Notes: generated by a model not told the origin, from the sequence alone. A DNA stretch of 64,000 bases from Okamejei kenojei (GCA_035221665.1 CM069148.1:7874001-7938000); one strand, 5' to 3'; counted from the stretch's first letter, positions 24,761 through 38,270 are shown. A program made the numbers and translations.

Positions 24761-26106
24761 GTAAGTGGAATTGAAACGTTGAAATGGGAGCTTGAAATAT
24801 TCCAGGCGATTGACAACTCGACCCAGAATGTTTCATCCCACCTGTCTTTACACCCAGCAATGGACATCTACTCCAGCTTCAGTCTTGTACGTGTGAGACA
24901 CACATAGCTCAGTCTGCATAGTATATTCACAAACTCCTCACGGTGCGTGTTCACAAGTTATATGAATAGAATTAGGCCATTCGGCCCATCAAGTCCATTC
25001 CGCCATTCAAACATGGTTTGATCTCTGCCTCCTAATCCCATTTTCCTGCCTTCTCCCCATAACCATTGACAGCCATTCTAATCAAGAATTTGTCTATCTC
25101 TGCCTTAAAAATATCCACTGACTTGGCCTCCACAGCCCTCTGTGGCAATGAGTTCCACAGATTAACTACCCTCTGAATAAAGAAGTCCCTCCTCACCTTT
25201 TTGAAAGAGTGCCCTTTAATTCTGAGGCTATGACCTCTGGTCCTAGACTCCCACCGGTGGAAACATCCTTTCCACATCCACTCTATCTATGCCTTTCATT
25301 ATTCTAAGTTTCACTGAGGTCCCTCCTCAACCTTCTAAACTCCAGCTAGTAGAGGCCCAGTGCTGTCAAACGCTCATCGTATGCTTACATGCTCATTCCT
25401 GTCGCAGGGGTTGTAGTGAGGGCTAATGAATGATGAATAGGGGTGTGGTTTGGATTAATGAGGTGGCAGGAAACCGGAGACAAACCCTAACATGAACGTC
25501 ATTGATTTTGTGTGCATACATCTTTGTAACAGAAATCTGGATCTACCATTAGCGAATTTAGACTTGTGGACAGTCATCTCGTTCTTGTTTGTGACCTAAC
25601 TAAGTCCTTCTTGAGATCCATTCTGTAATTACGACCTTGTTGTACTGTTGATCGAGTCTCTGCAAAAATCTTGTTACTGTTAATCGAGTTTCTGAGCAAC
25701 CTCGTCCTCTGAGAATATAACAAGATGCAGCAAAGTCACACTTGAAGGGTGAACATTGGCTGGCACCCTGTTACACAAGCACCAGTTTAATAAATCGCCC
25801 ATTGCTTCGAACGCCAACTCCTCTTGGCCTTTCCATTTTAGCTCCTGCAGTGAGGCCTTGTGCAACCTGCTATGAATATTGTTACAGCCCATGCAATAGT
25901 CTTCCAGTGCAATTCTTGTAACAGCCTGAAAGTAGCTCATTGTTATTCATGACCAATATTAGTACATCCCAGTTTCTGGATGTCCACATTTCTATAGTTT
26001 CTCCCCTCTGTGCTCTCCTTTGAGTTCCTCATCCATTCAACATCTTTTCTTGACCCTATTTAATGGCGTTGACCAGCCCCAACTTCTCCTGGTCCTTCTA
26101 TCATGA

Positions 26107-26688
26107 GGAGTTGAGTATAGGAGCAAAGAAGGTCTTTCTGCAGTTGTACAGGGGTCCTGGTGAGACCACACTTGGAGTATTGTGTGCAGTTTAGGTCTCC
26201 AAATTTGAGGAAGGACATTCTTGCTATTGAGGGAGTGCAGCGTAGGTTCACAAGGTTAATTCCTGGGATGGCGGGACTGTCATACACTGAGAGAATGGAG
26301 CACCCGGGCTTGTATACTCTGGAATTTAGAAGGATGAGAGGGGATCTTATTGAAACATATAAGTTTATTAAGGGTTTGGACGCGCTAGAGGCTGGAAACA
26401 TGTTCCCGACGTTGTGGGAGTCCAGAACCAGGGGAAAGCCATTTAGAACAGAGATGAGGAAACCCTTTTTCTCACAAAGTTGTGAGTGTGTGGAATTCTC
26501 TGCCTCGGAGGGCGGTGGAGATCGGTTCTCTGGATACTAGATGGGACTCTTAAAGATAGCAGAGTCGGGGGATATGGGGAGAAGGCAGGAACAGGGTACT
26601 GATTTTGGATGATTAGCCATGATCACAGCGAATGGCGATGCTGGCTCAGAGGGCCGAACGGCCTACTCCTGCACCCATTGTCTATTGA
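26107..26688 (+). mobile_element. CR1/HER1 LINE 3' fragment
   Basis: ORF 26160..26540 RPHLEYCVQF...RRMRGDLIETYK; ends in the gggccgaacggcctactcctgcacc 3' motif. Confidence 0.92.
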
Positions 26689-27211
26689 ATCAGGTTCCCT
26701 TCTGTTTGGACACTGCACCCCCTCAGTGAAATAGCGAGAGGCCTGGATAGAGTGGGTGTGGAGAAGATGCTTCCACTAGTGGGAGAATCTCAGACCAGAG
26801 ACCATAGCCTCAGAATTAAAGGGCACTCTTTTAGAAAGGAGGAACTTCTTTAGACAGAGGGTGGTGAATCTGTGGAATTTGTTGCTACATTTGGAGGCCA
26901 AGTCAATGGATATTTTGAAGGCGGAGATAGATAGATTCTCGATTAGTTCGGGTGTTGGGGGTTATGGGGAAAAGGCAGGAGAATGGGGTTAGGAGGGGAA
27001 GATAGATCAGCCATGATTGAATGGCAGAGTAGTCTGATGAGCCGGATGGCCTAATACTGCTCCTATCACTTACGAACATGAACTCAGCAACCAGCCCTCC
27101 CTCATTCAAACTTTGAAGTTCCTTGTTTATGCACACAATCTGGTAAAATCAGACAACGGACCTCAGTACAGAGAGTTGCCACGTGTCTGGCGCCTTTGAA
27201 GTTGAGTTAGA

Positions 27212-27547
27212 ATGGTAACTGGGCAGAAGGTACAGAAGTGTGCAAACACACACCTCCAGATTCAGGGACATTTTCTTCCCGGCTGTTATCAGGCAACTGA
27301 ACCATCCTACCACAGCCAGAGAGCAGTGCTGAACTACTATCTACCTCATTGGGGTGACCCTCGGACTATCTTTGCTTGGACCTTGCTGGCTTTACCTTGC
27401 ACTGAACGTTATTCCCTTTATCATGAGTCTCTGTGCACATTGGGGCGGCTGGATTGTAACCATGTATTGTCTTTCCGCTGACTGGTTAGCACGCAACAAC
27501 AGCTTTTCACTGTCCCTCGGTACACGTGACAATAAACTCAACTGAAC
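27212..27547 (+). mobile_element. Rex1/Babar-type LINE 3' end; related pieces at ~285-605 (-), 9100-9345 (-), 10230-10325 (-) and 48512-48770 (-)
   Basis: T.RFRD.FFPAVIRQLN coding remnant followed by the shared 3' UTR tgtattgtctttccgctgactggttagcacgcaac...cacgtgacaataaact. Confidence 0.7.
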
Positions 27548-27920
27548 CTGGGCAGCACACAGAGTTGCGATGTTTCTGGCATCTAAGAGGTTGCGTTCTA
27601 ATGGTGTCTGTCTTTGGGAGAGGCTTTCCTCGTGCTGTTTACTTTGAGATCAAAACAGAAAAGATAACATGAACACGTTAAAATGTTGGCATCTGTGTGG
27701 TAGCTTCGCAGTTATAAAATTATAATTCATCCCAGGACATGTTCGAACTTTGGTGTAATGGAGATCTGGTCTTTTTTTTTTGAATCTGCTATTTTGAAAC
27801 TGCCAAGATTAAATTTGGAATAGTTCTTTGGAAGACTTAACATGGTGTTATGTTGAGAGATACAAGAGACTGCAGATGATACTGTCTTTAGTGGAAAAAA
27901 TTCTGCTTGTGGAACTCGGG

Positions 27921-28204
27921 GGTAGAGTTGCTGCCATTCAGCGCCAGAGTCCTGGGTTCCATCCTGACTACGGGTGCTGTCTGTACGGAGTTTGTACGTT
28001 CTCCCCGTGACCTGCGTGAGTTTTCGCTGAGATCTTCGGTTTCCTCCCACACTCCAAAGACGTACAGGTTTGCAGGTTAATTGGCTCGGTATAAAATGTT
28101 AAATTGTCCCGTGTGTGTAGGATAGTATTAATATGCAGGGATCGGTGCGGACTTGATGGGCGGAAGGGCCTGTTTCCGGGCTGTATCTCTAAACTAAACT
28201 AAAC
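27921..28204 (+). mobile_element. HE1-type SINE
   Basis: Family consensus match with tail. Confidence 0.87.
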
Positions 28205-28386
28205 CCGTGGGCAGCAGCAACTGGGAAGGCACATGGAAAGGCTGTGTGACCCGCTGAGTTCCACCAGCAGTTAGTTTTATATTGACTTGTATGCCACCCC
28301 TGGTTGATAATAATGAATGTGCCTACATGACCACAAATGCGATGCCCTCTGCTTCCAATGTAACTGAATTTAACAGGGTAGGATGA

Positions 28387-28550
28387 AACAAAAAGCTGGA
28401 GTAACTCAGCGCGACAGGCAGCATCTCTGGAGAGAAGGAATGGGCGACGTTTCGGGTTGAGACCCTTCTTCAGACTGTGAAGAAGGTTCAGTTACTCCAG
28501 CTTTTGGTGTCTATCTTTGGTTTAAACCAGCATCTGCAGTTCATTCCTAC
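28387..28550. mobile_element. Palindromic Penelope-terminus mini-element with an intact - strand hammerhead core (28446-28473)
   Basis: 14-bp TSD ACAGGGTAGGATGA at 28373-28386 and 28551-28564; partial inverted arms. Confidence 0.8.
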
Positions 28551-28689
28551 ACAGGGTAGGATGATGGCTTTGTTTTTTCCCCCCAAAATAAACTTTTGAA
28601 GGTTTTTTAAACTGCAGATGCTGGTTTAAACTGAAGATAGACTGACTGGCTTTAGACTCCTGATTCTCCTGATCCCTTTAACCTACCAG

Positions 28690-29075
28690 TTTAATCTTTT
28701 CTGTCCTGGGCCTCCATTGTCAGAGTGAAGCCAAATGCAAATTGGAGGAACAGCACCTCATATTTCGCTTGGGCAGCTGACAAGCGGCCAATATGAATAT
28801 TGATTTCTCTAACTTTGTAATCTTTCCATCCTCTCCCCCTTTTTTTGTTCCCTGATTCATTGTATAACTGTCTGTATTTAATCATTTACACCTACCCCCA
28901 CAGACAACAATGGGCCGTTTCCTTGATGTTCGTTACTATTTTGCGCACCTTTGTTCTATGTCGCCTTCTATATCTCTCCTTCCCCTTTTGTTCAGCTGAC
29001 TCGGCCCGAAACATCCCCGATTCCCTTTTCTCCAGAGATGCTGCCTGACCCACTGAGTTAGTCCAGCATTTTATG
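28690..29075 (+). mobile_element. Degenerate Penelope-like 3' fragment (GIY-YIG C-terminus and terminus)
   Basis: Encodes ...HCQSEAKCKLEEQHLIFRLGS*...MNIDFSNF, homologous to the 43030-43290 ORF; followed by the same terminal repeat. Confidence 0.75.
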
Positions 29076-30062
29076 CGTCTGTCTCGAGTTTGTTAACGTT
29101 TCCACGAGTGGATCTCAAAGGTCCACTCACCAGTTAGATGTAGCTCTTCGGGCTAAGGGGGAGTCGAGGGATATGGGGGGGAAAGCAGGAAAGAGACACT
29201 GATTTTAGATCAGCCATTGGTCATATTGAATGGCTCGAAGGGCCGAATGGCCTACTCCTGCACCTATTTTTGTGTATTTCTATGCTGCAACTCTGAGAGG
29301 AGCAACATCGTCTTTGCTGAAGTGCTTGGTGACTTGGCCATTGCTGCAAGCATTCTAGTGAAACAAATTGCTATCAGCTGGGATTGCTTCTGTGGGTGGT
29401 AGGAAATACAGAAAGAATTGGCCTGACAAAGCACTTGTGTTTTACAATCTTTGTTATCACAATCTTAACATCTCGGAGTTCTTTATAGCCGATGAATAGA
29501 TTTACTTTGGAAATTAGCTACTTGTAACGGCCGTAATCTGGCCATCAGATTGCACGAAGATATACATTAATGACACATTAAATTGAGGTCGAGTGGGAGA
29601 TTGAACAATGAATTTAGTCAAATCCTGTTTGACGCTCGTCTGTGAAGCATACTCTGAAACGTCATCTCATGGTATCAGTATTTTTTATTGATCTGTCGGT
29701 CTGCAGCGACCGCAAAGCTGCCGATCAGCGGCATCATAGAAAATGGGCACTGGAGGAGGCCATTCGGCCCTACGAGGCAGCACTTCCATTCAATACTATC
29801 ATGGCTGATCATCCAACCTCAGTACAACCCCATATCCCTTGATTCCGGTAGCTCCAAGAGCTACAATTTAACACTCTTGTAAATACTTTCAAGTGCACTG
29901 ACTGAGGGCGTTGAAATCTTGACACAAATGTCAACCTCAGCATTCATTTCAGTTTAGTTAGAGATACAGAGCGGAAACAGGCCCTTCGGCCCGCCGAGCC
30001 CGCTCCGGCGCCTAGTTTTAAGGTGAAACGTCGTAAAGTGCTGGAGTAACTCAGTAACTGGA

Positions 30063-30345
30063 GGGAGACACAGTGGCACAGCGGTGGAGTTGCTGCCTTA
30101 CAGCGCCGGAGACCCAGGTTCGATCCTGACTACGGGCGCTGTCTGTACGGAGTTTGTATGTTGCCCCTGTGGGTTTTTCTCTGAGATCGTTGGTTTCCTG
30201 TCACGACCCAAAGGTTTGTGGGTTAATTGGCTTTGGTAAAAATTGTAAATTGTACTTAGTGTGCAGGATAGTGCTAGTATACTGGGATCGCGGACTCGGT
30301 GGGCCGAAGGGCCTGTTTCAGCCCTGTATCTCTAAACTAACCTAA
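30063..30345 (+). mobile_element. HE1-type SINE
   Basis: Family consensus match. Confidence 0.83.
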
Positions 30346-30501
30346 GCTTAAATTAATCTCCAGATTGACCATTGTGTCAAAATTTTAGCGCTCTCAGTCA
30401 CTGCACTTGAAACTAATGCATTTGGAAGGATTCTTTTTGGTTAAGTGCCAAGTAAAATCAGTTTTTCTCATACTTTTAATTTTGAGTTAATGTCAGCAAA
30501 A

Positions 30502-30537
<36 letters not shown>

Positions 30538-31189
30538 TGGGCTCCAGAAAGTCTTGTTGCCAATACCACCTCCCGCAATTCTCCCCAAGACTTTTCCGGG
30601 TCAGGGTCTTTGAGAAAAAAAGATCATGCAAAAGTTCAAGCTATTTCAGGCACAAGTCTCCCAACTTAGTGCATTTTAGGAAATCGGAATTTATTATTCT
30701 TGGAGTAATCCATCTTCTCGGCTATGCTGGAACTGTGTAAATTCCAAAAAGGCCTGTTCCATCAGTCGCTGTCGACCCAAATGATTAATCGTGGACTAGA
30801 GTATGTAACACTGTCAATAAAGTGACTAGTGAGTATTTAACATGTACCAGCCACCTACCCAGTGTTGTTTAAAGTCGTGAAGGCTTTAACCGCTTCAGTT
30901 CTGCTGCTCTTCAATGGGGCACCAGTGAGGCAGCGTATTTAATACAGACGCTGAAAATAAAACTGAGTTCCAAGCACACAGCGGGGAAAAATCTACCAGT
31001 GTTATGTTGCTAACCACTGCACTCCAAGTGGCGTCCAAGACTATTGCAACTTTGGGCGTTCAGGAAAGTCAGTGCTGCCAGATTTTGTTCGTATCAATTA
31101 ACTTTTCCGCAAGGCCACTTGAATAGCAACTTGCTGAGAGATTGACAAAGATAGATTAAGGGAGAGCCCAATTTAATTTGATTCAAATG

Positions 31190-31794
31190 TGTGGTGCAGC
31201 GATGGAGTTGCTGCCTCACAGCGCCAGACACCAGAGTTCAATCCCCACTACGGGTGCTGTCTGTACGGAGTTTGTACGTTCTCCCCGTGACCGCGTGGGT
31301 TTTCTCCAATGTCTTCGGTTTCCTCCCACACTCCAAAGACGTACAGGTTTGTAGGTTCATTGGGTTGGTAAACTTGTAAATTGTCCCTAGTGTGTGTAGG
31401 ATAGTGTTGGTGTGCAGGAATCGCTGGTCGGCGAGGACTCGGTGGGCCGATCGGCCTGTTTAGCTTCGCTTGGAGATACAACACAAACAGGCAGCTTAGG
31501 CCCACCGTCGACACCCACCAAGGATCCCAGCTCATTAACACAACCCTACACACACTAGGGACAATTTTACGTTCATACATTTCTGCTGAAAGCCAATTAT
31601 CCTACAAACCTGTACCTCGTTGGAGTGTGGGAGGAAATCGAAGATCTCTGAGAAAACGCATGCAGGTCACGGGGAGAACGTACAGACAGGGCCCATAGTC
31701 AGGATCGAACCCGGGTCACGGGCGCTGTAAGGCAGCAACTCTACCGCTGCGCCACCGTGCCGCCCCCATACTGTATCTCTAAACTAAACTAAAC
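31190..31794. mobile_element. Two HE1 SINEs: a - strand copy (~31460-31766) inserted into the tail of a + strand copy
   Basis: The + copy breaks at 'ggcctgttt' and resumes 'ctgtatctctaaactaaactaaac' after the inverted copy. Confidence 0.85.
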
Positions 31795-32745
31795 TTGGTT
31801 GCAAGAAATCACAGACAGAAAGGCCTTGAATTTGTTATTGTAAATCTGAGGTCCTGTAAACAAGGGCCGTGCTTGGAGCTACTAAATTAGCCCATGCTAA
31901 TGACTTGGCATTTCAAGTTATTTTTGTTCCTTCCGTTCTTCTTTTAGTAACCCAACTTTGATTGTTGACCAATATGCCTGCTCTTGTTTGCTATTAAAAT
32001 AGGGAAGACTTTTAGGAGTGATTGCTTTGCAGATGAATCCTGTGTGTGTGTGTGTCTTCAGTCGTGGGAGAGTGCAACCAAGTAAAATCGTTACATTTGC
32101 GTGTGTAAGAGTCCCCGCTTTAAGCCAGAGAACACAGAGAAGGGGTAAAGATTAACGATGATGTTTGGTCGAAGATGGATTCTATTGGGATCAGTGCTGA
32201 GGTCATTATTCATTATTTCTTTTACCATTTGGAATAATCTAATTTTTTCGTTTGATGCCAGATTTTATTGTGGGAAGATGATTGTACAGCTGATTCTGAA
32301 GCGGAGCTCAGCGTAACGGGTCCATTCTGTTAAATGAAAAGGCATAAATTAGAAGAAAAGATATTGGATACACAGTCTCTTGCCTAGAGCAGGTGAATTG
32401 AGGACCAGTGGATGTAGGTTTAAGGTGAAGGGGGAAAAGATTTAATAGGAACCCGAGGGGTGACGTTTTCACACGATGGGTGGTGGATGTATGGAACAAG
32501 TTGCCAGAGGAGATAGTTGAGGCTGGGACTATCCCAACGTTTAGGAAACAGTTAGACATGGATAGGACACGATCGGAGGGATTGGGAACAAATGCAGGCA
32601 GGTGGGATTAGTGTATCTGGGACATGTTGGCCGATGTGGGCATGTTGGGCTATAGGTCCTGTTTCCACACTGTATCACTCTATGACACTATAAAGTGCTT
32701 GTGGGACTCGGCAGGTCCGGCAGCATCTACTACTAGAGTCAAAAG

Positions 32746-33040
32746 GGGGGCACGGTGACGCAACAGGAGAGTTGCTGCCTCACAGCGCCAGAGATCCAGG
32801 TTCAATCCTGGCTAAGGGTGCTGTCTGTACGGAGTTTGTACGTTCTCCCTGTGACCGCATGGGTTTTCTCCGGGTGCTCCCGTTTCCTCCCGCACTCCAA
32901 ACATATACAGGTTTGTAGGTTAATTGGCTTTAGAAAAATTGTAAATTATCCCGTATAGGTTTGTAGGATAATGTCAGTGAGCGGGGATCACTGGTCAGCG
33001 CGAATTTGGTGGGTGGAAGGGACTGTTTTTGCATTGTATG
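32746..33040 (+). mobile_element. HE1-type SINE
   Basis: Family consensus match. Confidence 0.82.
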
Positions 33041-33519
33041 AAGCTCATTTTAGTTTAGAGATACAAAGCTGTCAGGATTCAAATCAAACTGGGTATGGGG
33101 TGAGAAGTTATTGAATTCTCGCTGGTGGTATAATTGGGATGTTTGAAAAGTAGAACATTGTAGGTAATTCTTTCTTTTAGTACGTTTGGGCGTTTACCCC
33201 ATCAAGGGGCAAGACAAGTCAAGATTCTCAAGGTGCTCTCCCTCTAATGTTTCTTGAAGCTGATTCATCTCTGGAGAGCATGGATAGGTGACGTTTCAGG
33301 TCTGCACCCGCTGAGTTGCTCCAGCACTTTGTGTCTACCCTTGTAGACCAGCATCTACTGTTCCTTGAACAAATCATTTGTTTAAGTAACAATAACACAT
33401 AAAGCCAAGGGGCTTCTAACATAAGGGATGGATGATTTAAGTACACAAAATGCTGGAGTAACTCAGCGGGTCAGGCAGTATCTCTGGAGAACATGGATAG
33501 GTGATGTTTCAGGTCAGGA

Positions 33520-33594
33520 CCTGAAATGAGAGGTGCCAAGTTTAAAGGAGAAATGAGGGGTACGTTTTTTCCACAGAGCGTGATGTGGAACGTG

Positions 33595-33627
<33 letters not shown>

Positions 33628-34200
33628 GGGTGGGGGGGTGGAGGCAGATATGATAGATACATTTAAGAGGCTTTTAGATAGACTGACGGATATGCAAGGA
33701 TATGGGTCACGAGCAAGGAGAGGAAATCGGTTTAACCTGGCATTATGTTGTTATACGAGAATGATCCCAGGAATGAGTGGGTTAACATATGATGAACGTT
33801 TGACAGCGGTGGTCTGTACCCGTTGGAGTTTAGAAGGATGAGGGGGGCGACCTCATTGATACTTGTGGAATAGTGAAAGGCTCGAATAGAGTGGAAGTGG
33901 AGAGGTTGTTTCCAGTAGTTGGGCGAGTTTAGGCCAAGGGGCACAGGAAGGAGATGTGGAGGAATTTCTTTCGTCAGGAGGTGGTGAATCTGTGGAACTC
34001 TTTGGCACTGCAGGCTGCGGAGGCCAAGTCGGTGGATATTTTTAAGGTAGAGATAGATTCTTGATTAATAAAGGTGTCTGGGGTTATGGGGAGAAGGCAG
34101 GAGAATGGTGGTTAGCAGGGAGAGATAGATCAGCCATGATTGAATGACGGAGTAGACTTGGTGGGCCAAATGGTTTAATTCTGCTCCTGCCACTTAGGAA
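33520..34200 (+). mobile_element. Tandem CR1 3' fragments
   Basis: RMIPGMSGLTYDERL... and the ggggagaaggcaggagaatgg...atcagccatgattgaatg 3' UTR motif. Confidence 0.75.
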
Positions 34201-34723
34201 CTGTTGAGCTTATTAGATGGGTTCATGGGTATGCAGAGACATCGCCCATCCATTCCCTCCGCAGATGCTGCCTGACCGGCTGAGGTTTTTTTTTAATGCT
34301 ACAGAGCAGCCTTGCCTTCAGATGGCAAGACTCCAAGCTCTGGAATTCCGTGTCTAAACTTATCCTCTCTTGAGCCCTTTTAAGCTGGGATCACGGCAGA
34401 ACTTTAAGAGGCGTTTTTTGGCGACTTGCCAGGTGTGTCCTGGTGAGGACTGGTATCAATTTTGTTTGCTCAAGCTCCTGTGGGATGTTTTTGAAAGCTC
34501 TGTATAAATCCATGTTGTTTTTTTTATTATTGTGCTCGGTTCGTCATTAGCATGGCGAGTTTGGGGCTTGGGAGCAATCGTGTCACCGGGAGAAAGAAAT
34601 CGGAGCAAAAACACGCAGTGCTGGAAGAACTCGGCGGGTCAGGCAGCATCTGCGGAGGGAATGGACGGTCTACATTTCAGGGTGGGGGCCCTTTGGACTG
34701 GAGTAGGGAGGAGAAAGCTGGAG

Positions 34724-34909
34724 GTAGAAAAAAGTGCTGGAGAAACCCAGCGGGTGCAGCAGTATCTATGGAGCGAAGGAAATAGGCAACGTTTGGTCCC
34801 GAAACGTTGCTCATTTCCTTCGCTCCATAGATGCTGCTGCACCCGCTGATTTTCTCCAGCACTTTTGTCTACCTTCGATTTTCCAGCATCTGCAGTTCCT
34901 TCTTAAACG
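34724..34909. mobile_element. Palindromic Penelope-terminus mini-element nested in an older PLE 3' region (34610-35280)
   Basis: 14-bp TSD GGAGAAAGCTGGAG at 34710-34723 and 34910-34923; symmetry centre inside hammerhead stem II. Confidence 0.8.
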
Positions 34910-35790
34910 GGAGAAAGCTGGAGTTGAGAGGAGATCAATGCCTGGCAAGTGATGGGTGGATACAGGAGTAGTTTGAGGGCAGGGGGAGGCGTTTGGCAAG
35001 TGGGTGGAGTAAATGAAAAACAAGCTAGAGGTGACGAGGGTAAAGAGGAGAGGAGAGTAATACCACTATGACTGCACCTTAATTGGTGCTCGTGACGATA
35101 CAAGACCTTTGAGTGAAATGTAAAAATGGAGGGGCTGGATAAGGGATGGGGAGGGTGTGGTAAAGAGCGGGGATTAAAGGGAAATTTGGAGTATGGGTAA
35201 TGAGATTCCAAAGGTCGGAAAGGAGCAGGATAACTCGGAGTAGAGACATCGATGTTCATATCGCTGGGGTGCGGACCCAAGCAGACTACCCCACCTCATA
35301 TTTCTCTAGGGTATTCTGAGCATATGAACATTGACCTCTAATTTTCGATAACCCTTGCTTTCTCCCTCCTTCCCCTCCCCTTCTCAATTCTCCCGCAGTC
35401 CTACTGTCGTCTCCTCCTCCCTTCCTCCCCACCCCCCCCCCCCCCCCCAACATCAATCTGTTGTCGCCTATTCCTTCTCTCCATAGATGTTGCCTCACCC
35501 GCTGAGTGTCTCCAGCATTTTTCGTCTACTTTAGATGTTACCAGCATCCGCAGTTCCTTCGGGAGGGGAGGGGGGAGGGGAAACAAGAAAGAGAAGTGAT
35601 GTGGGGGGGCAGTGGTTTATTACTGGAAGTTGGAGAATTCAGCATTCGTACCATTGGATTGTAAGGTACCCTGATAGTTACAAACACACCTACCCTGGAC
35701 ATCGCCTGTTATGTTTTACTTGTGCAAGACACAAACTCCGCACAGACAGCACCCGTAGTCAGGATCAAACCCGGGTCTCTGTCGCTGTGA

Positions 35791-36228
35791 CGGGCCTGTC
35801 CCACTTGGCCGTAATTTGCGCCTCATTTACGCGTCATGTGTAAAATAGGTCGGCGCGCGGGGTGCACATGCGTTGCGCAGGGTGAGGCGTGGAATCGCAT
35901 GCGGTGGCATGCGGTATCGCGCGCCACTCCAGGATTTCGTAGAGTAACAAAATACTCGCACGCCACCTGTGTGACGTATCGCGTACGCACGCTGACGCAT
36001 TGGCGTCGCACGTTGGCGTCCCGACGTCTCGCGTGTATCGCGTGGTGACGCATGGTTACGTCAACGTGCGTAACCACGTGTCGCCGCGCACCGCAGGGGT
36101 TCTAATGTCACGCGCACCAGACGGCTGTGCTGACGCATGATGCGTGATTTGCGCGTGAAGTCGCGTTGACCTATTTTACGTATGACGCGTAAATGAGGCG
36201 CAAATGACGGTCAAGTGTGACTGGCCCT
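35791..36228. mobile_element. CpG-rich MITE, PIF/Harbinger-like, inserted in an HE1 SINE
   Basis: ~66-bp imperfect TIR beginning GGGCCTGTCCCAC; flanks TGA/TAA at the host SINE 'gctgTAAggcagc' site. Confidence 0.8.
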
Positions 36229-36935
36229 TAAGGCACCAACTCTACCGCTGCGCCACCTTGCTGCCCAATGTGTTTTTCAAATCTATTATTAAATTCTCCA
36301 GGATAGGATGTGTTTGGATGAGTGTTGTACACGGTTAAAATGATATAAATGCTGACTAATTGGGAACAGCAATAAATGGTTTTAACTTCGGAGTACCCGG
36401 GGAATTGATAAACCACAATTGCTTCTGGTAACAAATATGAAGTAACTCTTCCTACGTTACCAAGTGATAATCCCAAGAGTCATTGAATCACACAGCGCGG
36501 AAACAGGCCCTTCAGCTGAACTTGCCCACACCGACCAACATGTCCCATCTACACTAGCCCCTCCTGCCTGCCTGCCTTTGGCCCATATCCTTTTAAACCA
36601 CTCCTATGTACCTGTCTAAATGTTTCTTAAATGTTGTTACTTAAACAAATGTTTCTTAAACGTGCTTCAACTACCTCCTCTGGCAGCTGGTTCCATACAC
36701 CCACCACACAAAAAGGATACCCCTCGGGTTCCTGTTAAATCTTTTCCCCTCACCTTAACCCTGTGGCCTCTGGTTCTCGATTCAGCCCCGTTGTGCGAGG
36801 GCCTCGGTGAGTTTATCCGATCTAATCCTCTCATGGGTTTGTACACCTCTACAAGATCACCCCTCATCCTCCTGTACTGCCAGAGATAGTCCTAGCCTCC
36901 TCACCCTCTCTTTATAGCTCAGGCCCTCGCGTCCT

Positions 36936-37235
36936 GGGGTGGAACAATGGCGCAGCGGTAGAGTTGCTGCCTTACAGCGCCAGAGACCCGGGTTCAATCC
37001 TGACTACGGATGCTGTTTGTCCACAGTTCCCGTGACCTGCGTGGGTTTTCTCCGGGACCTGTGGTTCCCTCCCACACTCAAGGCTTACAGGTTCGTCGGT
37101 TAATTGGCTTGATAAAATTGTAAATTGTCACTTGTACGTGTAGGATAGTGTTGGTGTGCGGGGATCGCTGGGCGGCATGGACTAGGTGGGCCGAAGGGCC
37201 TGTTTCCACCCTGTACCTCTAAAACTAAAAAACTA
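36936..37235 (+). mobile_element. HE1-type SINE
   Basis: Family consensus match. Confidence 0.85.
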
Positions 37236-37989
37236 AGGGAAAGTTATTCTGGGAACAAGTAACTACTTCTAGACATCTGCTTTACATCTTAAGCAGTCTT
37301 TTTCCAATAACGAGGTGAGTGGGTGGTGGCTGAAGGGAGTGACCGATAGTGATACACATAGTGACTGCATAACTGTGTGACCTTCAAGATCCAAGATGTT
37401 TAGGATTGGATCTGTATTTATCCTGTAACCAAATGCACGTTCTGTTGGTTATCGAATAGCCACCATATTCTTCCGAAGCGTGAATGAAGTTGTAACTGCT
37501 GCCTTTGCCAAGTGCGATAAATAAGAGTTATTTTGACCTCTCAAGTTAAAGGTGCTTGAATATGATATGCCACGTATCTTTGCTCTTAGTATAGCATTCT
37601 GTGAAATATCAGGGTGGGGGGTTTTCTTCAATTAAAATATGTAAATCTTTAATGCAATTTAAAAAGAACCGCAGATGCTGACTTCTAGCAAAGATAGACA
37701 CGAATGCTGGCAAAAATTGATAGATCTTGTTTCGAGTCGAGACCCTTCTCCAGACCTGTTATAAATTATAAAGATTATATTCTTTACAGAGATTATAAAT
37801 CATCTTTGTTTTGCTTGCTTTGTGGCTTAATCTTTGATGCAGTTTGGGTGTGGTTTCCGAGTTTACTTGTTAATGGTTCCCAATCATAAGTCTACTCTTT
37901 CATCAACAAGTCAATGTTTGCGTTCTATTAAAGGTACACTAAACTGCTGAAGCCCCGTCTAACAGCAATCTATGGTTACCAAGTGAACC

Positions 37990-38270
37990 CTAGTTTAGTG
38001 ATACAGCGTGAAAACGGGCCCTTCGGCCTACTGAGTCCGCGCCGACCAGTGATCCCTGCACGCTAACGCTTGTTCTACACGCGCGCACAATAGGGACAAT
38101 TTGCAATTATACCAAACCAATTTTCCTACAAACTCTTTGAGTGTGGGATGAAACTGGAGCACCCATAGAAAACCGTCGCAGGTCACGGGGAGAGCGGACA
38201 AACTGCGTAGTCAGGATCGAACCCGGGTTTCTGGCACTGTTAAGTAGCAACTATACTGGTGCGCCACTTA
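37990..38270 (-). mobile_element. HE1-type SINE
   Basis: Reverse-complement family match. Confidence 0.82.
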
